A stretch of DNA of 64,000 nt from Octopus sinensis (taxonomy: Eukaryota). The translations under genes were made by a program, and so were the position numbers. The notes beneath the pieces were generated by a model. It had not been told where the DNA came from. It made no database searches and worked only from the letters and a program-made list of their open reading frames with translations. The stretch's first letter is position 1. The number at the start of each line of letters is the position of its first letter. Below, one piece after another: positions 35,903 to 48,191 of this stretch. The stretch lies in assembly GCF_006345805.1 (NCBI RefSeq), contig NW_021832597.1, forward strand, positions 1 to 64,000, in the 5' to 3' direction.

Positions 35903-38690
35903 TCAGACTCATTACATCCCTACTAAAAGATGTGGAATGCCTAAAAGACAATTCAAGGATGTATGCGGGCCTACGACTACTGCGGACTACTAAGAAAGGA
36001 CAAAACATCCTCCACATTAAAGACAAAGATGGAAAATTCGTGGGTAATCCGAAAGAAAAAGCAGAGCTGATCGCACGACACTTCGAAACCTTGCTGAATA
36101 AAGAAAACACGGACTTTCCCTGATTCCAGGGAGATGCAAAAGCGTTAAAAATCCCAATCACAGCGGAAGAGGTGGAACTAGCGATAAATAAACTGAGGAA
36201 CAACAAGAGTGCTGGGCCGGACAACATAAGCTCCGAGCTCCTAAAATATGGGCCAAAAAAACTCAGCGACACAATTGCAAAAACCCTAAATGAAATTGTC
36301 GAAACTAATACCGATCTGGGACTTGGAAATGTATTACTAATACCCATACAAAAACCGAACAAACCAAAAGGACCAGTAGAAAATCTCCGCCCGATAATAC
36401 TCCTGAATTCGATACGCAAGGTGCTGGCAAACGTCGCACTAAGGCGGATAAAGGGTGTGGCGGATCAATACCTATCACCGAGTCAAAGTGGGTTCCGAGA
36501 TGGGAGATCTACTGCAGACATTGTATGGAGCCACAGATGGCGCTGCGCAACGCACCAAAGATTCAAGAGCACAACGACCGTGCTGGGAATAGATCTCTCC
36601 AGAGCCTTCGACTCAATAAACAGACAGAAACTGATGAATGTGTTTGAGCAAATGCTGGATGAATCATCGGTTAGGACAGGGGTCGGCAAAAGCAGGCTCG
36701 CGAGCCTTTGAAGGCTCTTTAACTCCTACGGTAGGCTCTTTCAATTTTTAACTATTTTTTTTAATAAATGATTTCAATTTTTAACTATTTTTGTGTTTTG
36801 TTAATAACAAAAAATCTTTGCACGTTTAACATTAATTTTTTGTGGTACATCGATATATGCCTAGCAATAAAAAAATTAATAAACAAAATCGATAATGTGC
36901 GACATTTTCAATCAAAATGGACTGAAACTTTTGCATTCACGTCTAACTCAGAACAACTACCGAGATGTCTCATTTGCCAGGAAACTTTGAATCAAAATAA
37001 AAAGTCAAATTTAGAGAGACACTTTAACACAAAACACTCAAATTTCGCAAAAAAATATCGAACTATAAATAATTAAATTTATTGCCATTTGAAATCAACG
37101 CAGCTGACTTCAAAATGCAGCTATTGGGCTTGACATGTAAGGAATTATGGGCATCAAAATTTATTAGCCTTTCAGAATTACTTGAAACAGAAACATTGTC
37201 TTGTAAAATTAAAAATGATATTAATGTTATAGAAAAGAAACTTGAAGATGTGATTCTCGAAACTTGAATTCTCTTCCAGATTCTTATTATGAATTGAAAA
37301 AATTTGCATATGGAATTTTGACAATATTCGGGTCCACTTATATGTGTGAACAAAGTTTTTCTCATATGAATTATATAAAATCGAAATTAAGGAACAAAAT
37401 TACAGATTCGAATTTGGAATCTAACCTCAGATTAAAATTAACGACTTACGACCCAGACAATAACCAACTCTCCAAAGAAATGAGGAATCACATTTCTCAT
37501 TAATGCGTCTGATTAATTTAATTTTTTAAAATGAATTCTTAATTATTTTTTAAATTAATGTCTATTTAATTTTATGAATTTAAATTTTTGACAAGTGATA
37601 AAAGGTGGCTCTTCAATTTTTCGAAATTTCCAAAAATGTTCAAAATTGGCTCTTCTCCAAAAGTATTTGCCGACCCCTGGGTTAGGATAATCAGACTACT
37701 ACTTGCGAACACAAGACTATCTGTGAGGACAGAAGGAGCAACTTCCCGCAGTTTCAAAACAACGACTGGGACACCCCAGGGTGACTCCCTCTCCCCCCTA
37801 CTATTCACCATCTACCTTGAATCTGCACTCCGCGACCTCCGTAAATGCTATACGGGAGACATAGAAGAGGCATCCTATGCCGATGATGTGGATTTCGTAT
37901 CACGGGACGTGACCGCACTCCAACACCTACTAGAAAATGCACCTATGGAGCTTGGGAAATGGGTCCTCAGCGTAAATGTGAACAAAACTGAGATTACGGA
38001 AATCAAAAGAGAAGATGATACTACCCATGAAAGATGGAGACACACTAATAAGCTTGGATCCCTACTGGGAGACGCTGAAGATGTACTAAGGAGGAAAACA
38101 CTGGCGAATTCGGCAATGGCGAAACTGAAGAAAGGATGGCTAAGAGCCAAAGGACTTGGAGTTGGCATCAGATGCAAGCTCTACAACGCGTTTGTGAAAC
38201 CGATCCTGCTGTACAACGCTGGGACATTGGATGTTCCTTCAACGATCTACTGAAACTGGACTCATTCCATAGAAGACACTAAGAAGCTTACTTGGAATGG
38301 AGTGGCCACGTCGAATATCAACCAATGGTATCTACAACAAGTGTATGTGCTCCTGCATCAGCGGGGATGTGGTAGATGCCCGGTGGAGGCTATTCGGGCA
38401 TGTACTAAGAATGAACCCGGACGCACCCGCTAACAAAGCGATGGAAGACTACTTCGACAGATGCGACATACCCTTCCGCGGACGACCTAGATCGACACTT
38501 CCAACTGCCTTAAACAAAGACCTAAATCGAGTGAGGAAAAACCTAAAGACGGGGGACGACCTGGACGAATTGAAATCACTCGCATACGACAGAGGAAAAT
38601 GGAAAAAACTAACCTTAAATATCGTTACATTGAGTGCTGCACATGCGGGGCTATAAACATTATGGCTTTCGTGAAAGTGCTATAATAATA
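35885..38690 (+). mobile_element. 5'-truncated RTE-clade LINE, interrupted by a hAT element
   Basis: KSAGPDNISSELLK, LRPIILLNSIRK, QSGFRDGRS, IDLSRAFDSI, GTPQGDSLSPLLF, YADD, RWRLFGHVLRM, RGRPR. Ends in an ataataataa tail. Confidence 0.92.
36677..37679 (+). mobile_element. Internally deleted hAT (Charlie/SPIN, ZBED8-like) element inserted in the RTE
   Basis: TIR caggggtcggcaaa / tttgccgacccctg with TSD ggttagga. N-terminal CLICQETL...NLERHFNTKH and C-terminal FGSTYMCEQSFSHMNYIKSKLRN. Removing it restores DESSVR|IIRLL. Confidence 0.95.
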
Positions 38691-38726
38691 AAGAATGTTT
38701 ATAAATAAGCCCAGAGAATAGAAGAG

Positions 38727-40699
38727 TTAATAGTCCATGTGATTAAAACAGTCGTGAATCCTCTGTTCGAGAAGGTCGAATTGTTGAGTAATGTGTTGTT
38801 GAGTCATCTCGGAAGGATTGTAGAACTTGGAGTTGGAAATGTCGACAAGAATGTGATGTTGGTTGAGAGAATGGCGGATGGTGTTCCAGGTGAGTTTGTG
38901 AGTAGTGACGGCCTTGGAGGCCAAATCGTACAAAAGAATGATGTTGCGGAGCATGGCGACAGTTTTGTAGAAAGGGCAATACCTGTCGTATTGTGAGTAA
39001 CTATTCTGCTGTAGAAAGTCCTCTTTGATAATCTTGGCAATCTCGATGGTGACCTTGTCGGACTCAGCGAGGGAACTCTTGCCGACTAATTGGACGACCT
39101 CAGTCAAGTCCTCCTCATTCTGGAGAATCATTTTAGTCTTGTTTCTGAGAGGAATAAAGTCAGGGTGGTTGGCGTCGTAAAAGTCGTCGAGGATGAGAAT
39201 ATATTTGCTGTAACTGTTAAGCCAATTGATGGCAGGGAAGTGTTTGCGTTGGGCCAAAGGCTTGTCGAGCCCCCAAAAGACCTGGACAATGCCGAGTGTG
39301 GCGGTGGTGACGGGATCTGCAAAGTCGCCACCGGGAGGAGAGACTCTAGAGGTGGAGTGAGGAGAGATACGCTCCGACAATGCTGACAGATCCGATCCTG
39401 TGGGGTGAGCCAATGGAGAGAGCCCTGCCTGCCCGCTCGTAGAAGGAGGCGAGTCTGGAGGCGAGGTAGGCGGGGTAGCCCGAGTCGGCAGGCATCTCGG
39501 CGAGGCGTCCGGAGATTTCCCTGAGTGCCTCGGCCCAGCGAGAAGTGGAGTCGGCCATCATAGCGACGTTGTACCCCATATCCCGGAAGTACTCGGCGAG
39601 TGTTATTCCTGTATAAATGGAGGCCTCTCTGGCGGCCACGGGCATGTTGGAGGTGTTGGCCACTAAGAGGGTTCTGCGCATGATGGACTCGGCCTTTCCA
39701 TCCACCTCAATAGTCAACTGGTGGTAACCTCGGGGAAATCACCTCGGGGAAATCCCTGAGCACTTCGGACATTTCGTTGCCGCGTTCTCCACACCCGACG
39801 TAGACAATCACATCCGAGTTGGAGTACTTGGAGAGAGACTGGGAAATGACCGTCTTTCCACACCCGAACGCGCCTGGAATGGCCGTGGTGCCTCCTTGCA
39901 CACACGGAAACAGAGAATCGAGGACTCGTTGCCCCGTGAAGAGCGGGTAGTTTGCGTCCAACTTTTCCGCGACTGGGCGGGGTTGGCGGACTGGCCAGGT
40001 CTGAACCATCGAGTAGTCTTGGTGGGTGTCCCCGTACTCCACCTGCATCACAGTTTCCTGTCCAGTGAGTAGAGAATGGTCACCCCAATGCTGTACGAGC
40101 CAGTGGGGGCCACATAAGTCACTCGCCCCTGTGCGTTGGGGGGGAGCATGACGCGGTGGGTCACCAGACTGCTCTCGTACACATCCCCGATTATGTCCCC
40201 CCCGCACACCAAATCCCCCACCTACGCATTACCAGTCCTCACCACCCTCATCTTCCTTGGCTTGTACTCCCAACTCACTCCCTCGTCCAACGCATTCACT
40301 GTCACTCCCCGAGGAATGTATATGTCCTCCGTACACTCACATATCGACTTGAGCGGCCGTTGAATCCCTACACATGTCACACCTCCCTACCGTCGTAAAT
40401 ACTCCCCATCACCCCCGGCCCCAGTAACACGCTCAGAGGCTTCCCTGTGCACAACACCGGGTCACCACGCGTCAGCCCAGCTACACATACCACACACCAC
40501 TCACCTGTCTCCTCGTACACTTGAATCGTCGCCCTCTCACCCTCCAGTCTAATTATCTCCCCCACCAATCCACCATGCCCCACTCGCACCAGTTCGTACA
40601 TCGCCGCCCCCTTCATGTTCCTCGCCGTCACCACTGCACTATCACTCACACACTACCCGGCCCCGACACTCCACTCACCAATCCTACATCGCGCACCAT
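38727..40699 (-). CDS. ATP6V1A: V-type H+-ATPase catalytic subunit A
   Basis: GVSGP|[26 protein letters not shown]-loop [47 protein letters not shown]. Confidence 0.97.
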
Positions 40700-40989
40700 T
40701 AATGCCCTTCCTATTCTTTACACATTCTTTCTACACCTCCAATACTCCTTCCATTATTACCCATCCATTTTTTATACGCTTCCGCTTTGTCTGTTCAAAT
40801 ACGGGGAGTAAAGGGTCAGTTCGTGGTTGCGGTTAAGGAGGAATTTATGGCTTTTTGTTGTTTCTGAAGGAGTGTTTTTAGCAGCAGAGGCCCCCATGCG
40901 TAGTCCAATGTTGGAAGAATGTATTGTTTGTATACGAGTATCATACATTCCTTGTTTTGTCAATGAATACAGCTGGTCGATTTAGACGT

Positions 40990-41700
40990 TCGATTACCGA
41001 CTGGTTTTCATTGTTTCTAACAGTTTTTTAACATGTCCAGCATTGGAAATAACTTCTCACCTTTTCTTTTGCCCAGACGTATCGTGAAAAATATGACTAT
41101 TTCAAGTCCATGCACATATATTTTCACGTCTCTGAACTTATTTGCTCTTTGAATTAAACAAAAAGCAAGCTAAAAGTACTACGTTCACTTTAGCGTTATG
41201 AATGCTTATTCAAGCTTTACAAGTTATAGTTCCTTTTGTCTTATTTAACACGAAAATTGTCGTGTCAGCTTGTATCCACAACTTCAATAGCTGCTGTAGA
41301 TTCGACAGACTGTGTCTTGTCCAGAAGACATTTAGACTATTTTAATATCTTTATAGTACATCTGGTTAGAAGAGACACCACACCTTTATTGGGCACAAGG
41401 GTTGCCGCCTAGTTAGGTCATGGTGTATTGCCAGTTTGGTCTTTTGTATCAGCAACGTTGCTTTTCAAGTTTGTCAGGAGTAAGCACAGTTCTCTTTCCC
41501 TTTAACCCCATTAATGTTTAGTCGGAGGACAGTTAAGTGTTTTCCACTTCTGTAGGCTGAGGATGTCTTCCGGTAAAGTTCGGTCTTATAAAAAGTGCGT
41601 CATCCTGGACGAGAATGACCTCGGGGTGTAAGTTTTAATGGTCCTTTTTCGGTGGGCATTAGGTGCCCCTCAGCGTTTCCAAATCCGTTTGAATTGATAG
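40990..41700 (-). mobile_element. Degenerate LINE 5' fragment (APE endonuclease); limits approximate
   Basis: TVLRLNINGLKGK motif, like the APE start at about 48070. Confidence 0.55.
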
Positions 41701-41849
41701 ATCCAATTGACTTGGTAGACCACATAAGGTTACGGTATTTATTTTCATATTTATAACAACGCAATAATAGTTTCCTTCATTTTGATTACCAATCCATCCT
41801 CATAGATAATCCCATCAATACATTTTTGGTTAAATAAATATTAATTATT

Positions 41850-42160
41850 CATCATATTCTAGATGGGCATACCTACGAAACAAACAATATATTTCGCCCA
41901 ACTCACCACATTATTTAGTACTATGGAAAACTCTCCCAGACATAATAAAAAATACGACAATACATTCAGTAGTTCCAATCTCAATGAGAGGCATTTCTTG
42001 AGTTTTGGTTCATTTCAAATAGGCAAAGAAACAAATATGGGACTAACTCATCCGAACTGGACGCGTGGGCGCAGATTGGGCGTTGGAGGAGCAGCAGTGG
42101 CAGTTCATGGGCAGACTTTACTGGATCACCGGATCCATCCAAGAAGTAATTTAATTTACT
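41850..42160 (+). pseudogene. Truncated diverged duplicate of the upstream region and first exons of the GYF gene (51360-51670)
   Basis: Colinear matches: caaacaata(t/c)atttcgcc, ctcaccacattattt, atggaa, acgacaatacattca, ggttttg(g/t)tcatttca, caaatatg(g/a)g, tcgaactgga, tcaccggatc. It ends abruptly. Confidence 0.75.
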
Positions 42161-42179
42161 TTTCGTTATTCCAGTAATC

Positions 42180-43080
42180 TATATTAAAAAATCAAAAAGG
42201 TGCAAAAAATAAGTTAGCTAGGTCAGTTTTAAAATATCCATTGAGCAAATTTTCATTTTCACGTCTTTTTTAGAACAACTCTCAAACTTCCCTGAGGTCA
42301 CCTCGTCACATTATCAACTACTAACAATATATCCTACAATAAAAAGGATTTATCAACTCTTCCACCCGTTTCAATAATCTGATAAGTGATACAAAATACA
42401 TTATATTTGTTGTTTACTGTTCTGGATATATTTTGGTACCAGCCGGTATCTCCACAAATCATAGCATCTGTAGATTATCTGAATGTACATGAGTGCTGGG
42501 ATTTGTTTACCTAGAAAGGCGTGAATGTGTCTAAACCACATAATTATATCTACTCAAATAATCAAAAATAATCAATTTTCATTGCTGAGTTGCAGTGAGA
42601 ACACTTTTCCTCCTTCCTCCTCGCTTATCTAACCACAACCCCAGTACTTTTTCATTAAGAATTTTGTCAGTTTAGTCCATCAACTTTTAAAAAGCATCCA
42701 CTGGACCCATCATTGAATGTTTCTTTTTCCAAAACTTATTCTACTCTTACCATTTAATTTTCATAATTTTTCCTCCTTTTTATTTTAAAATTCTTTCTTT
42801 GTATTGCCTAGTTCTGATTATTGTAAAATTTGAACACGTTTACTATATTCTTTTTACGTTTCATCTTCAATTTGAGTACTTGGTTTGCAAATTTCAATCT
42901 AATCATAGGGTGGTGTTTACTATGAATGATATTACTCATATCAGTTGTGTTTGTAAATGAATTGCAGTCGATGTATTAATCACTCCATTGACTGTATTTC
43001 TTAGACTTGCCAATGCACATATCACATAATATATTGCTACCTCACACATAAACAACGCCATACAAACAAGACGGAAATTT
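42180..43080 (-). mobile_element. Possible Merlin/ISXO2-like transposase remnant
   Basis: Frameshifted GP-GCFLKVD-TKLTK, resembling the GPGxxVEVDETK motif. No TIR found. Confidence 0.35.
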
Positions 43081-43167
43081 ATTAACCAAATGAATGAATT
43101 AAAGTACTGATAAAACCTAAAAAAATAATAAAATGATAGGAATGCTGAATATAGGCAAATATATGTT

Positions 43168-43385
43168 CGTACTGAACTGGATAACTGGACTGATTATGCT
43201 TAACTTGATTAGTGATGCCATATCAACACTTTTATACTGCTACTTGCTATGTTGATTACTGGACTGCAATATCAAGACTGCTTAGCACATATGTTGGTAC
43301 TGAACTTGATAACTGGACTGATTATGCTTAACTGGATAACTGGACTGACTATGCTTAACTGGACTGGCATGTGCTATATGCTTAG
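43168..43385. repeat. Degenerate minisatellite (about 27-nt unit aactggataactggactgattatgctt) downstream of Tra2
   Basis: Unit or partial units at about 43175, 43304 and 43331, plus shorter actggact pieces. Confidence 0.75.
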
Positions 43386-43402
43386 TATACATACCCACCC
43401 GA

Positions 43403-44216
43403 CTAATAGCGAGCCCCTACAATACAAGAACAGACATACTCCGTGAATGACGATAGCGGGGGGACACACTTCGAGAGTAACGACGGCGTGGAGAAGGACT
43501 CCTGGAGTAAGAACGACGTCGCCGACTGGTCCTTCCTCTTCTTCTGTAGGGACTCCGTGATCGGGACCTCGAATAGGACCTGTGACGGTCATACGGTCTG
43601 GAGGTGACTCCCATTAGCTTACACAGTCGACTTGCCCATGTACACGCCCGGCGTGGGGGTATGCGGCCTCTCCGTTATCGAAAAATCCACTCGAATCCTC
43701 CTTCCGTCCAGTTCCAGTCCACACAGCTTCTCTTTGGCCTATTTGTCAATCAGAGAGAATGCCTCGGTGGCTTCCTCCACGTTCTTGAAGTAAATGAAGC
43801 CAAATCCACGAGACACACCAGTCTGAATATGTCAGTGAGAACATACCCGTCTGTCAAACACCACATTCACGTGCTCTACCTCCCCGTGTTCTCCAAATAT
43901 GTGCTTCAGATCACGTTCCGTCGTGTTTAGGCTCAGTCCAAACACCCCCAAGCATTTGTTTGGCCTGGGCACATCTCCGTTCGTATATCTCCGTCGATCT
44001 CCGTATGCTGGAGACCGAGAATTTCGTCGACGCCTCTCATTTGATCGAGATCTCCTTCGTCGGTTGTACCCTCGACTAGAACTTCTGTAATCACATTTTC
44101 GTTGTTCTATGGTGGAACCTTGATCTGGAAACTGATCGGGAGTACGACTGGTTTCGTTTCTCGGGAGTTCGTGATAAAGATCGGGTCTATTTATATGGCA
44201 ACCACCAAACAACCAT
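43403..44216 (-). CDS. TRA2: Transformer-2 SR-like splicing factor (RS-RRM-RS)
   Basis: [19 protein letters not shown]1 [36 protein letters not shown], flanking RS domains. First exon appears to be ATG only. Five introns, one of them GC-AG. Confidence 0.95.
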
Positions 44217-44379
44217 AACAGGAAGCAAGTCCTAAACTCGTGCTATTATATTAATTGGGGAGGTTGCCCATTTAATAATGATAATATTGAATTAATTGTG
44301 ACATTTATATTTAGCCAACAATTAGGAAGTGAGCTACTCAATTGGAAAGTGGAGAATAGTAAAATAGAGAGGAAAGTAT

Positions 44380-45112
44380 GTTAATGAGCTTATAAACAAA
44401 TAAGTGTGGTGATGCCCAAGTAAGGAATGGTGGAGAGTGCCTTTAGAGTGGACAAATTGGTGAAGAAAGTGTTGGAGTGTGAGTGGATAAAAAAGTCAAA
44501 GGCCAAGACGGGCGTGGAATTGCACAACAAGTCAACCAAAGGGAAGTATTTGCTTGAGCTGAAGGAGGTGGAGTGTGAATGTAACTGGCAGACCTCGGAG
44601 GGGAGGACAGTGGTGGAGGGGGTCATCCAAATCCACTGGGAGGTCACCTCGGGTGTCCACCTCTACTCCGAACGAGTGGAGAGGACAGAAAACATGGAGA
44701 GGGGGACGAGGGTGGGGAGTGAGGAGATGGCGTGGGAGTTGATAAAGCGAATATTCGGGGAGTTGGAGGTGAGTGTGTGGTGAGAGTGCAGATCACGGCC
44801 GACCAGACCAACTACGCCATATTCCTCACATGTCCTTCATTCTCACTCGAACTCGACCACCACCACCGTCCTCTCGTCTTGTACTTGAAACTCATCAAGT
44901 TCTCCCCGCGCGTCCTCATCAAGGACCGAGTGGCCAGCAAGGTCGTCACCAACGAGGTATCCCACTCCCTCATTCTGGTTTTGGAGTACTGCAACTACTC
45001 CCTCTCCTTCCTCCACGGTCTCCTCGACTATTACACCAACCAACAGTCACTCTCTATCAATGCACTCAGGAAGAGGTACCACTCCGCCAAATCTAGACTC
45101 TCTAATCCTTAA
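44380..45112 (+). CDS. Hypothetical protein, spliced; family not recognised
   Basis: ORFs 44427-44783 and 44732-45112 join in frame via the 23-nt intron gtgagtgtgtggtgagagtgcag. Start uncertain. Confidence 0.5.
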
Positions 45113-45339
45113 TCATGTAGTATCCTACTGGTTTATTCTCTTTCTAAGCTTTGTCTCACCTGACTTTTTAAATCTCATACTTTTAAACACTCATAAGTTA
45201 TGAAACATTCTAAATGGCAATTCTAATTTATGTACAGAAACTATGGATCTCGGTTGGGAAAACTACTGTCTTGGTCGTTCTTTATAGACTATCTCCTACC
45301 GTTGACACTGTTCGCAGAGGAAGTTTATTCAGCTGTTAG

Positions 45340-45680
45340 GAACATTGTTGGATGAGGACAGTTTAGAATGATACGTGTTCTAGTTGCAAACACTGAAATG
45401 AAAGCGTGGGTCGGGTCGGACAACCCTCGAATTGGAAATTCTCAAAGTGACTTCTTATCTCGGATGTTATTTGTTATCTACCAGGAAGCTGTTCTTCGTG
45501 ATGTGAGAGCTACAATTGGGGCAACCTCTATCATGCAATTAATATATGCGGACGACATAGTTTTTGTTTCAGACGACATGAATAACATCAGGATTGCACT
45601 GAATCACGCTCATGAAGTATTTGGAAAATGGTTAGTAAAAATGAACGTTTTCCTGACGGATCTCATATTCTCGTAGTTGT
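45340..45680 (+). mobile_element. RTE-like RT fragment
   Basis: IRVLVANT...GNSQSDFLSRMLFVIY...IYADDIVFVS, homologous to 37690-37900. Confidence 0.75.
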
Positions 45681-45730
45681 AAAATAAAGAAGGGCATTAA
45701 GAATGACAGATTGTGCCAAAATAAAAAGTG

Positions 45731-46970
45731 TTAAATGTCCAAATTGTCAAGCCTGTAGAGTCTAGCAGTGCCATGTGCATCAGCGAGAGCGAGTAATGGA
45801 GAGATGGGAGAGAAGGCGAGAGTGTTGACGAGTCCGTAGTAGGGTAAATGTTGATAGACAGTGCGAGAGGAAGTATTAATCTAAATGAGTATGAATGTAA
45901 ACCAGTCTGAGTGAATTGTGTGATGAGAGTATGGCGAGGAGTGAGTGAGTGGGGTGGAAAGTGGTGAGTGTGGGGGAGGTGAGCAAGTGAGTGAACTTGG
46001 CAGAGGGGATGGATGGGAGTGAGTAATGCAATCAGTGGTGTTGTGACGACTCCACTCGCACAGCTGGGAGTGTAAAGAAAGAATACCCGGAGGCAATATA
46101 TACACAGCGAGACATGTGCCCCTGACACACCCCACATCGACGAACAACAGGCGTGCATTCGAGTGTCCCACACCCAGACAACCCCATCGTCTGCCACCTC
46201 ACTACCCCCATTCATCAATATTTGATTGTTTCCGTAAAAGTGGCTGGCCTACACTCTCCACATACACACTACTGGGGGGCACTATCTTCGCCTTTTCTGT
46301 CTCCAAGTCCTAGTGAAGGAACGACGTCGACTTGCCTGTCCTCACCACACACCCACTCAGTGTTCCCTCTAAGCGAGTGGTAGCTATGCGCGCTGGGCAC
46401 ATTGCATTGTGCAGCGTTATAAAGTGACGTGTGCAAAAAATTTTAATTTTATACTTTCTACTGCGCAAAAAAAAAATTCGCTGCGCAGCAAGGTGCAAAC
46501 TGCTGCGCGGCCGCGCACGCGCGCAGCTTAGAGGGAACACTGCACCCACTCCCCACGAATTTGGCCATTTTTAGGGCAAAGTGGTCGAAATGGAGTGGCA
46601 CGTCTCCTCATATCCCACGAATTGCAGTGATTTGTGTCCCACCAGGATTAGTCGACTTTGAATTGTAATGAGTGGATTGGGGACTAATCACTCTCCTTCC
46701 TACATTCAAGTTGGTCACCACGTCCTCCCATCGGTGGTACTCCACCTCCTCCGACCACACTTCACACGACTGTCCACCCATCCTCTCTGCCCACTCACCC
46801 TTCCCCTTCACAAACCTGTCTACTCACCACCACACTTACTCCTTCCGCAGGTATTCACTACTCACTGAGTCCTCCATGTCCGTCCACGCTGCCTTTCTCT
46901 TCCCACGCTCACCACCCCTCTTAACACTTTCCTTCCTTCCAAACAGCAGAGATTCCGTTGAGTTGGACAT
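45731..46970 (-). pseudogene. UTP18: UTP18 (WD40 SSU-processome protein), disrupted by an exonic MITE, an in-frame TAG and frameshifts
   Basis: TESLLFG, AAWTDMED, GVVWVWD, FVDVGCVRGTCLAV, YIASG|CASGVV, TFHPTHSLLAI...LRL|INTSSRTVYQHLP...LAFSP...LALADAHGTARLYRL. Confidence 0.8.
46358..46542. mobile_element. hAT MITE (185 bp) inside a UTP18 exon
   Basis: TIR cagtgttccctctaag / cttagagggaacactg with 8-bp TSD cacccact. Confidence 0.95.
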
Positions 46971-46974
46971 AACC

Positions 46975-48165
46975 TTGTCTCCCACTGAGGTAATTGGATA
47001 TCCATTGTTTTGAGTTATTTGTGTTGATGATTTTCGATTGTTTGAGTCAACAATTCTGTTTATTGTTTTGAAGAGTGTTTTTGTTTTGTAGTTGAGTGTA
47101 TTGGCGAACTGACGCCACTTTTCTTTTTCCTTTCCTTGATTTGCTAGATATCTTCTTTAGTTCCCTTATTCAGGTAACAATATTCGTGGTTCCTGACCGA
47201 GACGTATTGTGTTTGAGGTTGTCACGAGTTTTCATTAAATCTGCTATTTCCTTCGTGTAGTTCGGGTTGTATTTCCTTATGTTCCGCATGGGGATGTGTC
47301 TTTTCGCTGCTTTCGAGATAATATCGGTGAAAAGCTTGTTGGATTTATGTATATTTGACAGGCGTTTGTCCCCGGTAATTTCCAAGAAAAGTTTTTCGGT
47401 TTCGTTTTTATAGAGGCTCCATTTGGCTCTTTTGTAGTTTATGAACGTGTTATTGTTCGGAATGTTGATTAGGACATGAGTTTGTATTGGTGTATGATAG
47501 TTGATTGATTGTATTCCATGTGGTATTAGGTTTGGAGAGCAGAGAAAGATATCCGAAGAGGTGGTGTTGTTATTTTCTTGGGGTTGTTGAGGATGAATAG
47601 ATTGTTTAATTGTTAACATATTAGGTTGCCGCGAAAGCTGTTAGGGTTTGATTTGTACCAAGATGTGTTGTGTGCATTCTAGTCCCTGACGAGAAGGAAA
47701 TTATTCATGTCGTGAAAGTTTCAAGATGAGGATTGTATGAGCATGGAATAGTAGTTGAGATTGGGGGATGTAGATGTTGATTATACTGAGATCGGATTTC
47801 ATGTTATTTTTTATTTGGATGGATTTTAGCTCGGTTTTTTTATCGACTTTATGTTTGAAATCGTTTGATGTTTCGATATATGAGATATTTTTACTGATGA
47901 ACGTAATCAGGCCCCCACCGGACGAGGGTCTGTCAAGTCGTGTAGTCGAATAATCTGGAATTTTTGGTGTTTAATTTGCTTTGTTGTATTAAGGCAATAT
48001 CGATGTTGTTTGAGATAATAAAGTGTTTGAGCTCCATGAATTTGTTTTGGATTCCGTTAATGTTCAATCGGAGAATATTTATCTTATTCCGACGCTTTGG
48101 ACTGTTAATGGTGTGATCCTTTTGGATCTGACGGCTTTTAGCCTTGGCCGCCTGGGAGTGTCACC
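46975..48165 (-). mobile_element. 5' part of a Jockey/I-like LINE (leader, APE endonuclease, linker), 3'-truncated at the UTP18 start
   Basis: INILRLNINGIQNK...NIDIALIQ, SSDIFLCS, FINYKRAKWSLY, KWRQFANTL...NGYPITSVGDK. Confidence 0.8.
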
Positions 48166-48191
48166 CGGGGGACTATTATTATTTTAGCACA

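Noticed and set aside
41640-41685. Hammerhead-like ctgagg...gaaa in a LINE 5' region (minus strand)
   Set aside because: The core deviates from CUGANGA-stem II-GAAA and stems I and III could not be built.
9650-44216. Non-standard genetic code or stop readthrough to explain in-frame stops
   Set aside because: Apparent stops in conserved genes fall inside 22-34 nt introns. TAA, TAG and TGA each terminate conserved proteins at expected positions.
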